NCBI GenBank assembly: GCA_045612385.1
Contig: JAZKYZ010000068.1
Coordinates: 4,429-68,428, forward strand
Length of the DNA stretch: 64,000 nt
Source of the DNA: Eubacteriales bacterium
GTDB lineage: Bacteria; Bacillota; Clostridia; Oscillospirales; CAG-272
Direction: 5' to 3'
Of this stretch, positions 10,316-20,779 are shown one piece after another. How positions within the stretch are numbered: the first letter of the stretch is position 1; each line of letters starts with the position of its first letter. The notes below the pieces were generated by a model. That model worked only from the letters and a program-made list of their open reading frames with translations, was not told the DNA's origin and made no database searches. Position numbers and translations under genes: made by a program.

Positions 10316-10358
10316 AAAACCTCTTAAGGTAGTGTCATCTACTTTAAGAGGTTTTTTA
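10316..10358. terminator. bidirectional terminator between ychF and comEC
   Basis: About 15-bp stem aacctcttaaggtag/ctactttaagaggtt (one mismatch) with a flanking A-run and T-run. Confidence 0.6.
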
Positions 10359-10362
10359 TTAT

Positions 10363-12585
10363 TTAAGATAAAGACAAACGTTTGGGAAAAGTGTAGATCT
10401 CTCCATATGTTAAGAAGTGATTATAAAAATCTTGATCCAAATAGTTTAGGTTATTGGAGAGGATGATCCGTTTGATTTTCGACGGGAGATCGTTTATATT
10501 TGTAAAATCGGAATTTCTGATACCTTTTGCGCCAAAGATAACACCATTGCATTCGCTCATCAATTGCATAATCGGCGCATAGGAAACTTCATCTATGGCG
10601 CCCTTTGAGATATAAAGGTGTTTGTTGCTTTTATATTCAATGGTAAAGACGGGTATTATTTCATCAGATGCCGAATGGATTTGCGTTATATATAATTTTG
10701 AGTTACTGAAGGATAGGTACTGATGTGAGCGAAACGTGGTAATCTTGATGTAATAGGTATTGGCAAGTTCTTGTATTTGCAAGAAAATTTCTTCTTGATT
10801 TTTTGTTTCTGGAAATGGTAGACAGATAGAATACACCTTTATATTTTTAAATAGGCTCTCTAAATATTCTGGTGTAACAGAGTTGTAACCCATCAAAACG
10901 TACTCATTGATATATGGGAGATGTTCGTTTTTTAAGTTGTTAATGGTCTTTTTGTATGTAACTCGTTTTGTTGGAGCAATATCAATATAAACATTGCTTC
11001 CACCTTCTTTCAAGAAAAAACTTTCCTCAAAGTACATATCCTCTTGCATATACACGAGATCATCTTTGTTTATACTTGCCATTGTTCCGATAAATGCGCT
11101 CAAATAAATCAAAAGAGCAAGAGAACAGATAATGCCAAACGCAATTCGCTTATGCTTTATCTTGTAGAGGAGATAGTATAACAAAGCGCAAATCAACAAT
11201 ATGGCGAAAATGATACACATTGTAAAATTTGTTGAAAAGTATCCAAATTTCAGTGAAGAGAAAAAGTTAGCAGGCAACTCTATGCATTTATATAAAAAAC
11301 TCATAATTGTGGATACTGGTAGAAACACACCCAAGATGGATAGGGCGAGACCAATATAAATATACACCTCTACCAAAAGAGAGAATAGTAAGGTCGTAAT
11401 TGGTGAGAAAATAGAGGTATAGGAAAACTTCGCTACCATAAAGAAAGAAGTGTATAGCATTGCGAACAAGGAAATAATGACAGAAGAAAAGATAGGATAA
11501 AGAAACTTCGGTATTTTTATTTTACCATCTTCCATAACAACCAGTGCATGGATTACACCAAAGGTGGCAAATGCCGAGAGCAGAAGAGATACATCTGTTA
11601 TAGAATATGGTTGAATCAGTACAAAAAGGAATACGCTGGTGAATAATCCGGTAGTTAAGTCATATGAAGTACCAAATAAGAATGCAAGAGTAGAGAACAA
11701 AAGCATAAGACCAGCGCGAGTCACGGAAGGAGAAAAACCAGTGATCGCCATATATGCAAGAACAAAAATAGAAAGAATTGATAAGCGCCACTTTTTGTTT
11801 ATTTGACACAGAGAAAGAAGCCTATGAAGCATAAGAGATAGTATGGCAAGGTGTTGACCACTTAATGCTAAAATATGTGAAACGCCTATTCTGCTGAAAT
11901 TCAGACGACAAACACCTGAAAGCAGAGATTTATCTCCAATCAATAAGGCGAGAAGCAGACCTCCGGAATCCTTCCCAAAAATCTTATATATGTAATTATG
12001 GAAGGATTCTCGAACGGTATGAAGAAATTTTACTAAAACGCGTTCTTTGTGTCCTACGAGCGTAATGGCATCAGAGATATGTTCAGCTTCCCCAACAAAA
12101 CCTTGAGAATAATTATAACTGTCCATATCATCAGTGGTGTTCAGCGAACGAATATCTGCTTTTGTGAGAATAATATCTCCAATATCAAAACCATTGAATT
12201 CCTTATCTGCAAAAAGAATGAGTTTACTATTTTTATTTTTACCATCAATTTGTATGCACCTGATTTCATATCGAACGCCATATTCGGTATCGGATTTACT
12301 TGTTATTTCTGCTTCGATAACAGACTCTTTTGCTTTAACAGTGTGCGAAATATCAAAGTATAGATGAGAAAGCAATGTCGATAAAAGAAAAAGGGAAAGC
12401 AACACGATATGAAAAATGTAATTGTCTTTTTTCACTTTTTTGACAATGCAATTGGTGATGAGTAGCAACGAAAATAAAATGGCAAGGAGCAGTGACAATA
12501 TTGGATTTTGCAAAGAAAAAAGAGAAAAACCACCCAGCATAACAAAAATAATTAAGCATAGTGGTTTTTCTCTAAAAAATTGCAT
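10363..12585 (-). CDS. comEC: ComEC/Rec2-family DNA internalisation channel protein
   Basis: 740 aa, polytopic. Competence-domain motif GVSHILALSGQHLAIL and an N-terminal OB-like region. The C-terminal region lacks the HxHxDH motif (see findings). Confidence 0.8.
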   Translation of the reverse strand: MQFFREKPLCLIIFVMLGGFSLFSLQNPILSLLLAILFSLLLITNCIVKKVKKDNYIFHIVLLSLFLLSTLLSHLYFDISHTVKAKESVIEAEITSKSDTEYGVRYEIRCIQIDGKNKNSKLILFADKEFNGFDIGDIILTKADIRSLNTTDDMDSYNYSQGFVGEAEHISDAITLVGHKERVLVKFLHTVRESFHNYIYKIFGKDSGGLLLALLIGDKSLLSGVCRLNFSRIGVSHILALSGQHLAILSLMLHRLLSLCQINKKWRLSILSIFVLAYMAITGFSPSVTRAGLMLLFSTLAFLFGTSYDLTTGLFTSVFLFVLIQPYSITDVSLLLSAFATFGVIHALVVMEDGKIKIPKFLYPIFSSVIISLFAMLYTSFFMVAKFSYTSIFSPITTLLFSLLVEVYIYIGLALSILGVFLPVSTIMSFLYKCIELPANFFSSLKFGYFSTNFTMCIIFAILLICALLYYLLYKIKHKRIAFGIICSLALLIYLSAFIGTMASINKDDLVYMQEDMYFEESFFLKEGGSNVYIDIAPTKRVTYKKTINNLKNEHLPYINEYVLMGYNSVTPEYLESLFKNIKVYSICLPFPETKNQEEIFLQIQELANTYYIKITTFRSHQYLSFSNSKLYITQIHSASDEIIPVFTIEYKSNKHLYISKGAIDEVSYAPIMQLMSECNGVIFGAKGIRNSDFTNINDLPSKIKRIILSNNLNYLDQDFYNHFLTYGEIYTFPKRLSLS

Positions 12586-12603
12586 AATAACACCTAAGAA
12601 GCC

Positions 12604-13560
12604 TTATTTTTTACGCTTCGCACAATCCTCAGGTGTTTTGTACTTCATTTCACATCCTTTGGGGACAACAAAGCGGAATCCATCTCTTATTACAGAAAAG
12701 TCAATGGTACGAGCACCTTTGATTTCGCCGTCAATGCAGATGGGCAACGGGGAGTTAAATACCATTTTGAAATGGGGAACCTGGCGATATGTAATGTATT
12801 TCATTGCGCGTTTGTTTGATAAAAAGGTTCCTTTTTTATAAGAACCAACGAGAGATAAAAAGTTTAAACGACCAATTTTTTTAATGATGCAAAGATCCAT
12901 CAGCCCGTCATTTAACAAGGCGAGGGGGGCATTGTTAAAGCCACCACCACAAAATTGACCATTAGCGATTGCCGTTAGGAGCAAGGTGCCGTCAATGGTT
13001 TCTCCATCATCAAACACAAGACGCATTGATGTGCCGAATTTCTTGAAAAGTACAACGAAAACCCCGAAAATATATGACAACGAGGGGGGGACAAGCTTTG
13101 AATGCTTCAATCTTGCAGCTTCTTTGACAACTGCGCAGTCAAAGCCGATATTTACCATATTTACGCAATAGATAGAGTTGCACCGAATTAAATCCAGTGA
13201 AATCGTTTCGCCATCTATTTGCGCATCAATGTTCTTAAACAATTCTAAATTTGTAAAGTTTCTAACAAAGTCATTTCCTGAACCGGATGGGATTACACCA
13301 AATTCAACATTTGGATTTTCTGGGGCGCTATTTACAATTTCATTGATGGTACCATCGCCACCAACAGCTATAAAACGCTGTCTTTCAGAAGATATACGAA
13401 CCATAGAACGTACGTATTCCGTAGCATCACCAGCACAGGTAGTATAATAAATATGATAATTTAATTGTCTTTTTCTGCAAGCTGCTTTTATTGCATCTTC
13501 ATATCGAGGATTTTTGTTTGTTTTTCCGGATTTCGGATTGAGGATAAAGTGATATATCAT
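12604..13560 (-). CDS. diacylglycerol/lipid kinase family protein (YegS/DagK-like)
   Basis: 318 aa. Motifs ILNPKSG and VGGDGTINEIVN are typical of the DAGK catalytic domain. Confidence 0.8.
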   Translation of the reverse strand: MIYHFILNPKSGKTNKNPRYEDAIKAACRKRQLNYHIYYTTCAGDATEYVRSMVRISSERQRFIAVGGDGTINEIVNSAPENPNVEFGVIPSGSGNDFVRNFTNLELFKNIDAQIDGETISLDLIRCNSIYCVNMVNIGFDCAVVKEAARLKHSKLVPPSLSYIFGVFVVLFKKFGTSMRLVFDDGETIDGTLLLTAIANGQFCGGGFNNAPLALLNDGLMDLCIIKKIGRLNFLSLVGSYKKGTFLSNKRAMKYITYRQVPHFKMVFNSPLPICIDGEIKGARTIDFSVIRDGFRFVVPKGCEMKYKTPEDCAKRKK

Positions 13561-13679
13561 AAATATACTCCGAAATGGTTTATTTAATTATTATTATAAC
13601 AAAAGAAAACGCTTTTGTCAAGATTTGTTAGAAAACTAAGGGCAAAAGAGCTTCAAAAATATCGAAAAAAGATAGAATA

Positions 13680-14912
13680 TTATTTAATTTTCTCCAAAAT
13701 CATTTCCCAATATGCTTTTGCGGTCTGTTCTGTTTTGTTTTCCCCAAACTGATAATAAACGCGATCGGCAATATCTGATGGCAAATATTGTTGCTTTACG
13801 TAGTGATAGGGATAAATATGAGGATACAGATATCCTTTAAACTCCGGAGATTGGAGATGGACGGGAACTTGTTGTCCAAGTCCTTTCTCTAAATCCTCCT
13901 TTGCAGCAAAATAAGCATCGTGCGCTGTATTGGATTTAGGACTGGTTGCGAGTAGAATTGTAGCATTTGCTAACGGTATAGCTGCCTCAGGCAAGCCAAG
14001 TTCGCGTGCGCTTTCGCAGCAAGAACGAACAATTGACGCCGCCATCGGATAAGCCAGCCCGATATCTTCGGACGCGATCACTTGGAGCCTTCTCATTGCA
14101 GAAATTAAATCGCCACCAGCTAAAATTTTGGCAAGGTAAAAAATGGCTGCATTTGGGTCTGATCCACGAATAGATTTCTGTAGACAGGACAAGAGATCGT
14201 AATGAACGTCACCATCACGATCAAAATGAAATGGATGCGATGGCATCAAGGAACGCAACGTATTTTCCGTAATCATTTCGTCGGAAATATAATAAGCGTT
14301 TTCCAGAAGATTGATTGCCATACGTACGTCACCACCACAGCCTTCTGCCAATGCAAGAAGAAGGGGGTCGGAAGCAGATTTGACGGTTCCAAACTCGCTA
14401 TCTAAGGCATTTAAGGCGCGTCTAAGAGAAGGAAGGCAATCTTGTGGGGTTGTTGACTTAAATTCAAAAACCATACAACGGGACAAAATTGCATTGTAAA
14501 CATAATAGTATGGGTTTTCTGTGGTGGAGGCGATGAGTGTTATTTTACCATTTTCAATAAACTCAAGCAAAGATTGCTGTTGTTTGCGATTAAAATATTG
14601 TATCTCATCCAAATAGAGAAGTGTACCGGAATTTGCCATTAAAGAATCACAAGAAGAAATGACTTCCTTGATATCGGAAATGGATGCCGAAGTAGCATTC
14701 AATTTAAAAAGTTGCATATTGGATGTTTTCGCAATAATGTTTGCGAGAGTTGTTTTCCCGGTGCCTGGAGGACCGAAGAAAATCATATTGGGAATTCTAC
14801 CACAGTCCAAAAGCTTTTTGATGATACCGTTTTCTCCAACGAGATGACGTTGTCCCACAATTTCTTCAAGAGATGTGGGACGAATTCTGTCTGCTAAAGG
14901 TTGATTAGCCAT
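13680..14912 (-). CDS. rarA: replication-associated recombination protein A (AAA+ ATPase)
   Basis: 410 aa. Motifs [21 protein letters not shown] and MgsA C-terminal motifs (GSDPNAAIFYLAKIL). Confidence 0.9.
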   Translation of the reverse strand: MANQPLADRIRPTSLEEIVGQRHLVGENGIIKKLLDCGRIPNMIFFGPPGTGKTTLANIIAKTSNMQLFKLNATSASISDIKEVISSCDSLMANSGTLLYLDEIQYFNRKQQQSLLEFIENGKITLIASTTENPYYYVYNAILSRCMVFEFKSTTPQDCLPSLRRALNALDSEFGTVKSASDPLLLALAEGCGGDVRMAINLLENAYYISDEMITENTLRSLMPSHPFHFDRDGDVHYDLLSCLQKSIRGSDPNAAIFYLAKILAGGDLISAMRRLQVIASEDIGLAYPMAASIVRSCCESARELGLPEAAIPLANATILLATSPKSNTAHDAYFAAKEDLEKGLGQQVPVHLQSPEFKGYLYPHIYPYHYVKQQYLPSDIADRVYYQFGENKTEQTAKAYWEMILEKIK

Positions 14913-14926
14913 AGAAAAATCCTTTG

Positions 14927-17068
14927 TTATGATATAGTTGAAATATTACCTGAAAATAGTTTTTCAAGTTCAATTTTAAGAAGTTGATTCTCAGAATTTG
15001 TCAGTTCAGGATCCGTTTTTAGCAACTGCTTAGCTACATCAAAACTTAGCGCAAACAGACCTGTCTCTTGACATAGCGTCGCAAATTTGAACTGAAAACC
15101 ACCACTCTGCCTAAAAGTATCTTGTTGATTTGCAAAAAAATCTCCTGGACCACGCATCAACAAATCTTCTTCGGCAATTTTGTAACCATCGTGAAGATCG
15201 CACAAGACTTTCATTCTTTTTCTTGCTTTATCACCTTTTTCATCAGAAACAAGAATACAGTATGATTTTCTTGAAGAACGTCCGACACGACCACGAAGTT
15301 GGTGCAACTGTGAAAGGCCAAACCGTTCTGCGTTTTCCACAATCATTAGTGTTGCCGTTGGCACATTGATTCCCACCTCAATTACGGTAGTTGATACAAG
15401 AACATCAATCTCTCCATTACAATAACGACTCATAATTTCGTCTTTTTGCTTTGTATTCATTTTGCCGTGCAGTGTCTCAATTCGCAAGTCGGGTAGAGCA
15501 GAACGTAAAGTTTGTGTATAACCTTGCGCATCCTTCAAGGTTTTAGTATTGGATGGTTTCATTTCATCCCATTCAAATGAATCAATGTAGAAGAGATCGT
15601 TTTCATCCTCTTCTTTTTGTTCTATTGCTGGACATACAACATATACCTGTCCACCACTTTCCACCTGTTTTCTGATAAAAGCATTGAGGCGATCACGATA
15701 CGATTCATCGACAAGGAACGTTTCTACGCTTTGCCTTCCCTTTGGCATTTCATCAATTTTGGAAACGTCAATATCTCCATACATTGCAAGCGCAAGTGTT
15801 CTTGGTATGGGCGTAGCACTCATAACAAGTAAGTGAACATCCTCTGCTTTTTCCTTCAGTTTTGCTCTTTGCATTACACCGAAACGGTGTTGTTCATCTG
15901 TTACAACAAGACCGAGTTTATAAAAATTAACTTTGTCGGAAAGTAGGGCGTGCGTGCCGATAATCAGAGATATTTCTCCATTTTCCAGTTCTTGATATAT
16001 CCTTGTCCTTTCCTTTTGCGTTGTTGCGCCTAAAATGAGAGCGACTTTGTACCCCAGTTTTTGAAAATCAGAGGAAAGATCTTCAAAATGCTGTCTTGCA
16101 AGGATTTCGGTTGGCGCCATTAAAGCGCACTGATATCCAGATTTCAGCGCAATATAAATAGCGAGAGAAGCACATATTGTTTTGCCAGAACCGACATCTC
16201 CCACCAAAATTCTTGTCATAGGTGGAGTAAGACCGTTTTTCGTACGAGTAAGATCTGCATAAATCTCATTGACGCAACGCTTCTGTGCATTTGTTAATTC
16301 ATACGGGAGCAGATTCAGATATTCTTTGATAGAACACGGACTGATTCTCGGGGCATTGCCACTTTTGTTTTTAAGAGCGCTTTTTTGGGTACCAAGCGCA
16401 AATAGAAACATCTCATCAAAAGCAAGTCTACGCAAAGAGCAAGCCAAATCCTCTGACGACTTAGGAAAATGTGCTTCTCTTATGGCATAAGAGAGCGTGG
16501 GCAAACCATTCTCCAAACGAATTGCTTCCGGGAGATAATCTTCTATTTGATTGAGTGCGTTTTCAAGGGTCTCCTCAATCATTTTAAGAATAATTTTAGG
16601 TGTAATTCCTTCTGTTAAAGAGTAAACAGGAAAAAAATCCAAAAGAGGTTTTTCTTGATTTATAGGTTCGTACTTTGGATTGATTAACTGCATACGATTG
16701 CGTTTTACGTTGGCTTTACCGTAAAAACGAAATTCTCCCCCTACGTGAAAAACTTGCTTTATATATGGAGAATTATAAAAAACAATTTCGACAGAACCAG
16801 TCTCATCAAATGCGCGAAACTTTGATAAGGTCATAAATTTTTTAATTTTTGCGCTGGAAACCTCAGTGGCTACTGTTAAGATGAAAGAGGCCGTTTCTCC
16901 GTCCTGAACATCTTGAATTAACCGAATATCTCCTCGTTTTTCATAAGCGCGAGGAAAAAAATAGATGAGATCGCGTATGGTATGTATATTTAATTTAGCA
17001 AGTTTTTCGGCGCGCGTTTTTCCGACGCCATTCAAAACCGTAACAGGGGAAAATAAATCCATAAGCAT
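14927..17068 (-). CDS. recG: ATP-dependent DNA helicase RecG
   Basis: 713 aa. Wedge domain plus helicase motifs GDVGSGKT, DEQHRFG and LHQLRGRVGR. Confidence 0.9.
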   Translation of the reverse strand: MLMDLFSPVTVLNGVGKTRAEKLAKLNIHTIRDLIYFFPRAYEKRGDIRLIQDVQDGETASFILTVATEVSSAKIKKFMTLSKFRAFDETGSVEIVFYNSPYIKQVFHVGGEFRFYGKANVKRNRMQLINPKYEPINQEKPLLDFFPVYSLTEGITPKIILKMIEETLENALNQIEDYLPEAIRLENGLPTLSYAIREAHFPKSSEDLACSLRRLAFDEMFLFALGTQKSALKNKSGNAPRISPCSIKEYLNLLPYELTNAQKRCVNEIYADLTRTKNGLTPPMTRILVGDVGSGKTICASLAIYIALKSGYQCALMAPTEILARQHFEDLSSDFQKLGYKVALILGATTQKERTRIYQELENGEISLIIGTHALLSDKVNFYKLGLVVTDEQHRFGVMQRAKLKEKAEDVHLLVMSATPIPRTLALAMYGDIDVSKIDEMPKGRQSVETFLVDESYRDRLNAFIRKQVESGGQVYVVCPAIEQKEEDENDLFYIDSFEWDEMKPSNTKTLKDAQGYTQTLRSALPDLRIETLHGKMNTKQKDEIMSRYCNGEIDVLVSTTVIEVGINVPTATLMIVENAERFGLSQLHQLRGRVGRSSRKSYCILVSDEKGDKARKRMKVLCDLHDGYKIAEEDLLMRGPGDFFANQQDTFRQSGGFQFKFATLCQETGLFALSFDVAKQLLKTDPELTNSENQLLKIELEKLFSGNISTIS

Positions 17069-17248
17069 CTCCTTTTTCTTTTATGTCTTTATTTTACACT
17101 ATTTTTTTAAGATTTTCAATATCAAACGTAATATTTGCTGAAAAATTGCTTAAAATTTAAAATATTTATTAAATGTTATATTTTATATTTACAAAATACT
17201 TTTTATGTGCTATAATTATAAGGATAAAATGTAAGGTAGGTGTTTTAT

Positions 17249-18265
17249 ATGTATCGTAATCTCAAAGAAAATCGCTCATATACAAAAACACTTGTATTAT
17301 TTGGAATATTGTTTTTTGCATTGACACTTGGAAGCGTTTTGATTAGTGATATTCTTTTACCCGTGTCAGCTTCAATGTTAACGCTCTTTCTGCTTTTCGA
17401 TAAAACAAAGATCAAATGGCTTTCTCTTTCCCTCGTTGCTGTATTACTTGTATTGGTTGCAGTAATAAGTTTATCCAGCACTATTTTTGTTTTAATTGCA
17501 TTTATTTGCGCCTTTGTTTTGTTCTATGGCTATTATAAGGGATTAAACAAAGCTGAAATATCAATATATTTATCCCTTCTGTATATCATTTGCACTGTGG
17601 CTTGTTTGTATTTTATCGGAGCAAAGGAAATAGGTAGTTTTCACTTTTCTGAAGTTTTTCAATATTACAACAAACTTTTTGATGCGCTTGTGCAGGATTT
17701 GGTTGAACAGATGAAATTGTCTTTTGCAAACGCCAGCGCAAGTGGACAAGAACTTGGGATTGAACAAGATGAGTTTTTGGAGATGATCGAACAAACACTT
17801 CGCTCTTTCTCTTCTATGTTCCTTTCTGTTCTTGCTATCATTGCTTTTTTATACGCTGGTATTCAAATAAAGCTTTTTAGTTATTCTGTCATTCGCTACG
17901 AAGATAGTCCTCGTCCTCGTCAGAGTTGGCATTTTGCATTGTCTAATGTCTTCGCATACTTCTATATTGCTCTCGCCCTTGTATCTCCATTTCTTGGAAC
18001 AGGGAACGGTGTTATGGCGATTGCTATTGCGAATCTTTACAATATTTTTATGTTCGTATTCGCTTATATTGGATTCAACTATGCGTTACACTTTCTATCT
18101 CACACGAGAAAAAAAGGGTTTGCGCGCTTTGTTTTCATAGTCTTTTTGATTATGGCGAATATGGTAGCAATTCAAATATTGTCCTTTATAGGGGTGTTTA
18201 TCACTACTATGCACAATAAATTTATGAAAATAAACGGGGGAGAAAACGATTCCCCAAAAGAATAA
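17249..18265 (+). CDS. YybS-like polytopic membrane protein (DUF2232-type)
   Basis: Multi-TM ORF directly upstream of gdpP-rplI-dnaB, the conserved Firmicutes yybS position. The ATG at 17249 has a better RBS spacing than the GTG at 17240. Confidence 0.6.
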   Translation: MYRNLKENRSYTKTLVLFGILFFALTLGSVLISDILLPVSASMLTLFLLFDKTKIKWLSLSLVAVLLVLVAVISLSSTIFVLIAFICAFVLFYGYYKGLNKAEISIYLSLLYIICTVACLYFIGAKEIGSFHFSEVFQYYNKLFDALVQDLVEQMKLSFANASASGQELGIEQDEFLEMIEQTLRSFSSMFLSVLAIIAFLYAGIQIKLFSYSVIRYEDSPRPRQSWHFALSNVFAYFYIALALVSPFLGTGNGVMAIAIANLYNIFMFVFAYIGFNYALHFLSHTRKKGFARFVFIVFLIMANMVAIQILSFIGVFITTMHNKFMKINGGENDSPKE

Positions 18266-20281
18266 ATGAAAGGATACACTATGCAAAATAATCAGCAAAA
18301 CAATCGTAGAATTCCTTTTGCATCACGCACAGAAATGATGCTTCTAATTACTTTTGGCGTTGTGAATCTTGGCATTTTCGCACTACTTGCTAACTTTACA
18401 AATATATCCCCTTATTATATTGCTATTGCTTTGGCTTTGGTCTATTTTGCCCTAATTCTCCTATTGAGAACGGAAAGCGACAAAAGACTTTCTGTTGTAG
18501 CAAATGAGGGGCTTATGGAGTTAATGGGCGAGCAGAGTATGTGTCTATTGAAAAATACAGTATTTCCTGTTCTTGTCTTTGATAAGCTCGGAACGGTCTT
18601 ATGGGCAAACAGTGAAGCATTATCCCTCTTTACACTTGATGATTCACCTGTTGGCAAAAATATGTCCTCTCTTATCGGAGGTGAGGATTATGTTTTTACC
18701 AATGAAGATAATCGTGTTGTAACGCTTTTTGGTCGTCGTTATCAAGCAGAGGGCTTTTGTCTGTCAGAGACAGGAGATGGTCTGTACGCTCTGATGCTTT
18801 CAGACAACACTGCCTTTATCGAACTGAATGAACGATATAGTGGTGAAAGTGTTGCAATCGCTTACATTACGATTGATAATGTAGAAGATATTTTACAGTA
18901 TGTTCACGAGAAATTCCAATATGCCGTATCGGCCATAGATGATAAGATAAAACAATGGGCGCACGATATGGGCGGTATACTAAAATCATACGATAACGAC
19001 AAATATCTGATGATTTTTGATACGTATCATCTCAATCAGTGTATAAACGATCGTTTTGCTATTCTGGACGAGTTTCGTGAAATACGTATCAGTGATGGTT
19101 TTTCGATTACGCTTTCTATAGGTGTATCAAATGTAGGAGGAACCCTTGAGGTTCGAGAGAAAAACGCTCGCGACGCTATAGATCTTGCGCTTCAACGTGG
19201 TGGAGACCAGGTTGTTGTGAAAACAGAAGATGCCATTTCTTATTACGGTGGTCGCACAAAGTCTGTCTATAAGAGGACAAATGTGCGTTCTCGTACGTTT
19301 GTGAATCAACTTATGGCGCTTATGGTACGTGCAGATAACGTCATCATAATGGGACATCGCTATGGTGATTTTGACTCATTTGGCGCTTCTGTTGGCTTGG
19401 CGAGAATTGCGATGCTCGCTGGCGTTAAAACAAATATTGCAGTGGATAAGAGGGATAAAAACCTTGCCCCCTGTATTCGTATGCTTCAGGAAGTACCGTT
19501 GTTTTCTCAGGTGTTTGTAGATAACGCAGAGGGATTAGATCTTGTACATCCCGGAACACTTCTTGTAATCGCAGACGTGAATACCCCTCTTCGCGCTCAA
19601 TTTACGGATATTGCTTCAAAAGTAGCAAATATTGTTATCGTTGACCACCATAGAAAAGGTGATAAAATTGCTGATAACGTTAAGCTTTACTACATTGAAC
19701 CTTCTGCGTCCAGCGCTTGTGAGTTGGTTACTGAAATGTTGCAACACGCACTGATCAGTTCTAATATTTCAAAAGAGGAAGCAGATATTTTGCTTTCCGG
19801 TATTTTGCTGGACACCAAACAGTTTACAAGAAATACAGGAACACGTACCTTCGCTGCAGCAGAGTATCTTCGTGGCGTTGGGGCGAATCCTACAGATGTT
19901 TATGAACTGTTTAAGACAGATCCTTCTGATTTGTCGAAAGAAGCTCGTTTCCATACGTCTATTGTTATGTACCGAGACGAAATAGCCATTTCTACCTGTG
20001 AAGGTGAAACGGATGATTCCTTCCGTATCATTGCCTCTAAGGCAGCAGATAAAATGCTCACGTTGAAAAATGTGGAGGCATCCTTTACACTTGTTAGAAT
20101 TGGTGATGAAATTCATATATCAGGACGTTCGGCCGGTAAAGTAAATGTTCAACTTATTCTTGAAAAATTGCACGGTGGCGGGCATTTTGATGTCGCTGGC
20201 GCGCAAGTTGTTTCTGAATCCGTTGAAGATGTAGCAGAAATGTTAAAATCTGCGATTGACGAATATCTTGATGAACGTTAA
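18266..20281 (+). CDS. gdpP: GdpP-type cyclic-di-AMP phosphodiesterase (TM-PAS-degenerate GGDEF-DHH/DHHA1)
   Basis: 671 aa. Two N-terminal TM helices, DHH motifs ([22 protein letters not shown]), DHHA1 GGGH near the C-terminus, and conserved synteny. Confidence 0.85.
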   Translation: MKGYTMQNNQQNNRRIPFASRTEMMLLITFGVVNLGIFALLANFTNISPYYIAIALALVYFALILLLRTESDKRLSVVANEGLMELMGEQSMCLLKNTVFPVLVFDKLGTVLWANSEALSLFTLDDSPVGKNMSSLIGGEDYVFTNEDNRVVTLFGRRYQAEGFCLSETGDGLYALMLSDNTAFIELNERYSGESVAIAYITIDNVEDILQYVHEKFQYAVSAIDDKIKQWAHDMGGILKSYDNDKYLMIFDTYHLNQCINDRFAILDEFREIRISDGFSITLSIGVSNVGGTLEVREKNARDAIDLALQRGGDQVVVKTEDAISYYGGRTKSVYKRTNVRSRTFVNQLMALMVRADNVIIMGHRYGDFDSFGASVGLARIAMLAGVKTNIAVDKRDKNLAPCIRMLQEVPLFSQVFVDNAEGLDLVHPGTLLVIADVNTPLRAQFTDIASKVANIVIVDHHRKGDKIADNVKLYYIEPSASSACELVTEMLQHALISSNISKEEADILLSGILLDTKQFTRNTGTRTFAAAEYLRGVGANPTDVYELFKTDPSDLSKEARFHTSIVMYRDEIAISTCEGETDDSFRIIASKAADKMLTLKNVEASFTLVRIGDEIHISGRSAGKVNVQLILEKLHGGGHFDVAGAQVVSESVEDVAEMLKSAIDEYLDER

Positions 20282-20316
20282 ATATATGGTCGCTATGCGA
20301 CAGAATGGAGTATTAT

Positions 20317-20760
20317 ATGAAGGTTATCCTACTTTGTGATGTAAAAGGACAAGGAAAAAAAGGTCAGGTCATTGATGTCTCTGATGGATATGCAAGAAAT
20401 TTTCTCTTGCCTCAAAAGAAGGCTGTAGTTGCAGATGCTCGCACACTTGGCGAAGCCAAAAGCAAAGAAGCTGCGGCTCAGTATAGAATCGAAGAGGAAC
20501 GCAAAGCTGCAATGGCGCTTCGTGAAAGAATCAATGCTGTAACCGTTGAAATTCAAATGGGACACGGTCAAGACGGACGTCTGTATGGTTCCGTGACAGC
20601 AAAAGATATTGCTACTGCTCTTGAGGCTATTATTGGCGTTTCAATTGATAAACGTAAAATTCTTTTGAAAGAGCCTATTAAAGCTTATGGAAATTATACA
20701 GTTGAATATAAGTTGATGAGCGATATCATCGCGACATTTTCTGTAAAGGTACATCAATAA
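20317..20760 (+). CDS. rplI: 50S ribosomal protein L9
   Basis: Starts [39 protein letters not shown] lies 6 nt upstream of the ATG at 20317. Confidence 0.95.
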   Translation: MKVILLCDVKGQGKKGQVIDVSDGYARNFLLPQKKAVVADARTLGEAKSKEAAAQYRIEEERKAAMALRERINAVTVEIQMGHGQDGRLYGSVTAKDIATALEAIIGVSIDKRKILLKEPIKAYGNYTVEYKLMSDIIATFSVKVHQ

Positions 20761-20779
20761 TTTAGAAAGGGTGAAATTT

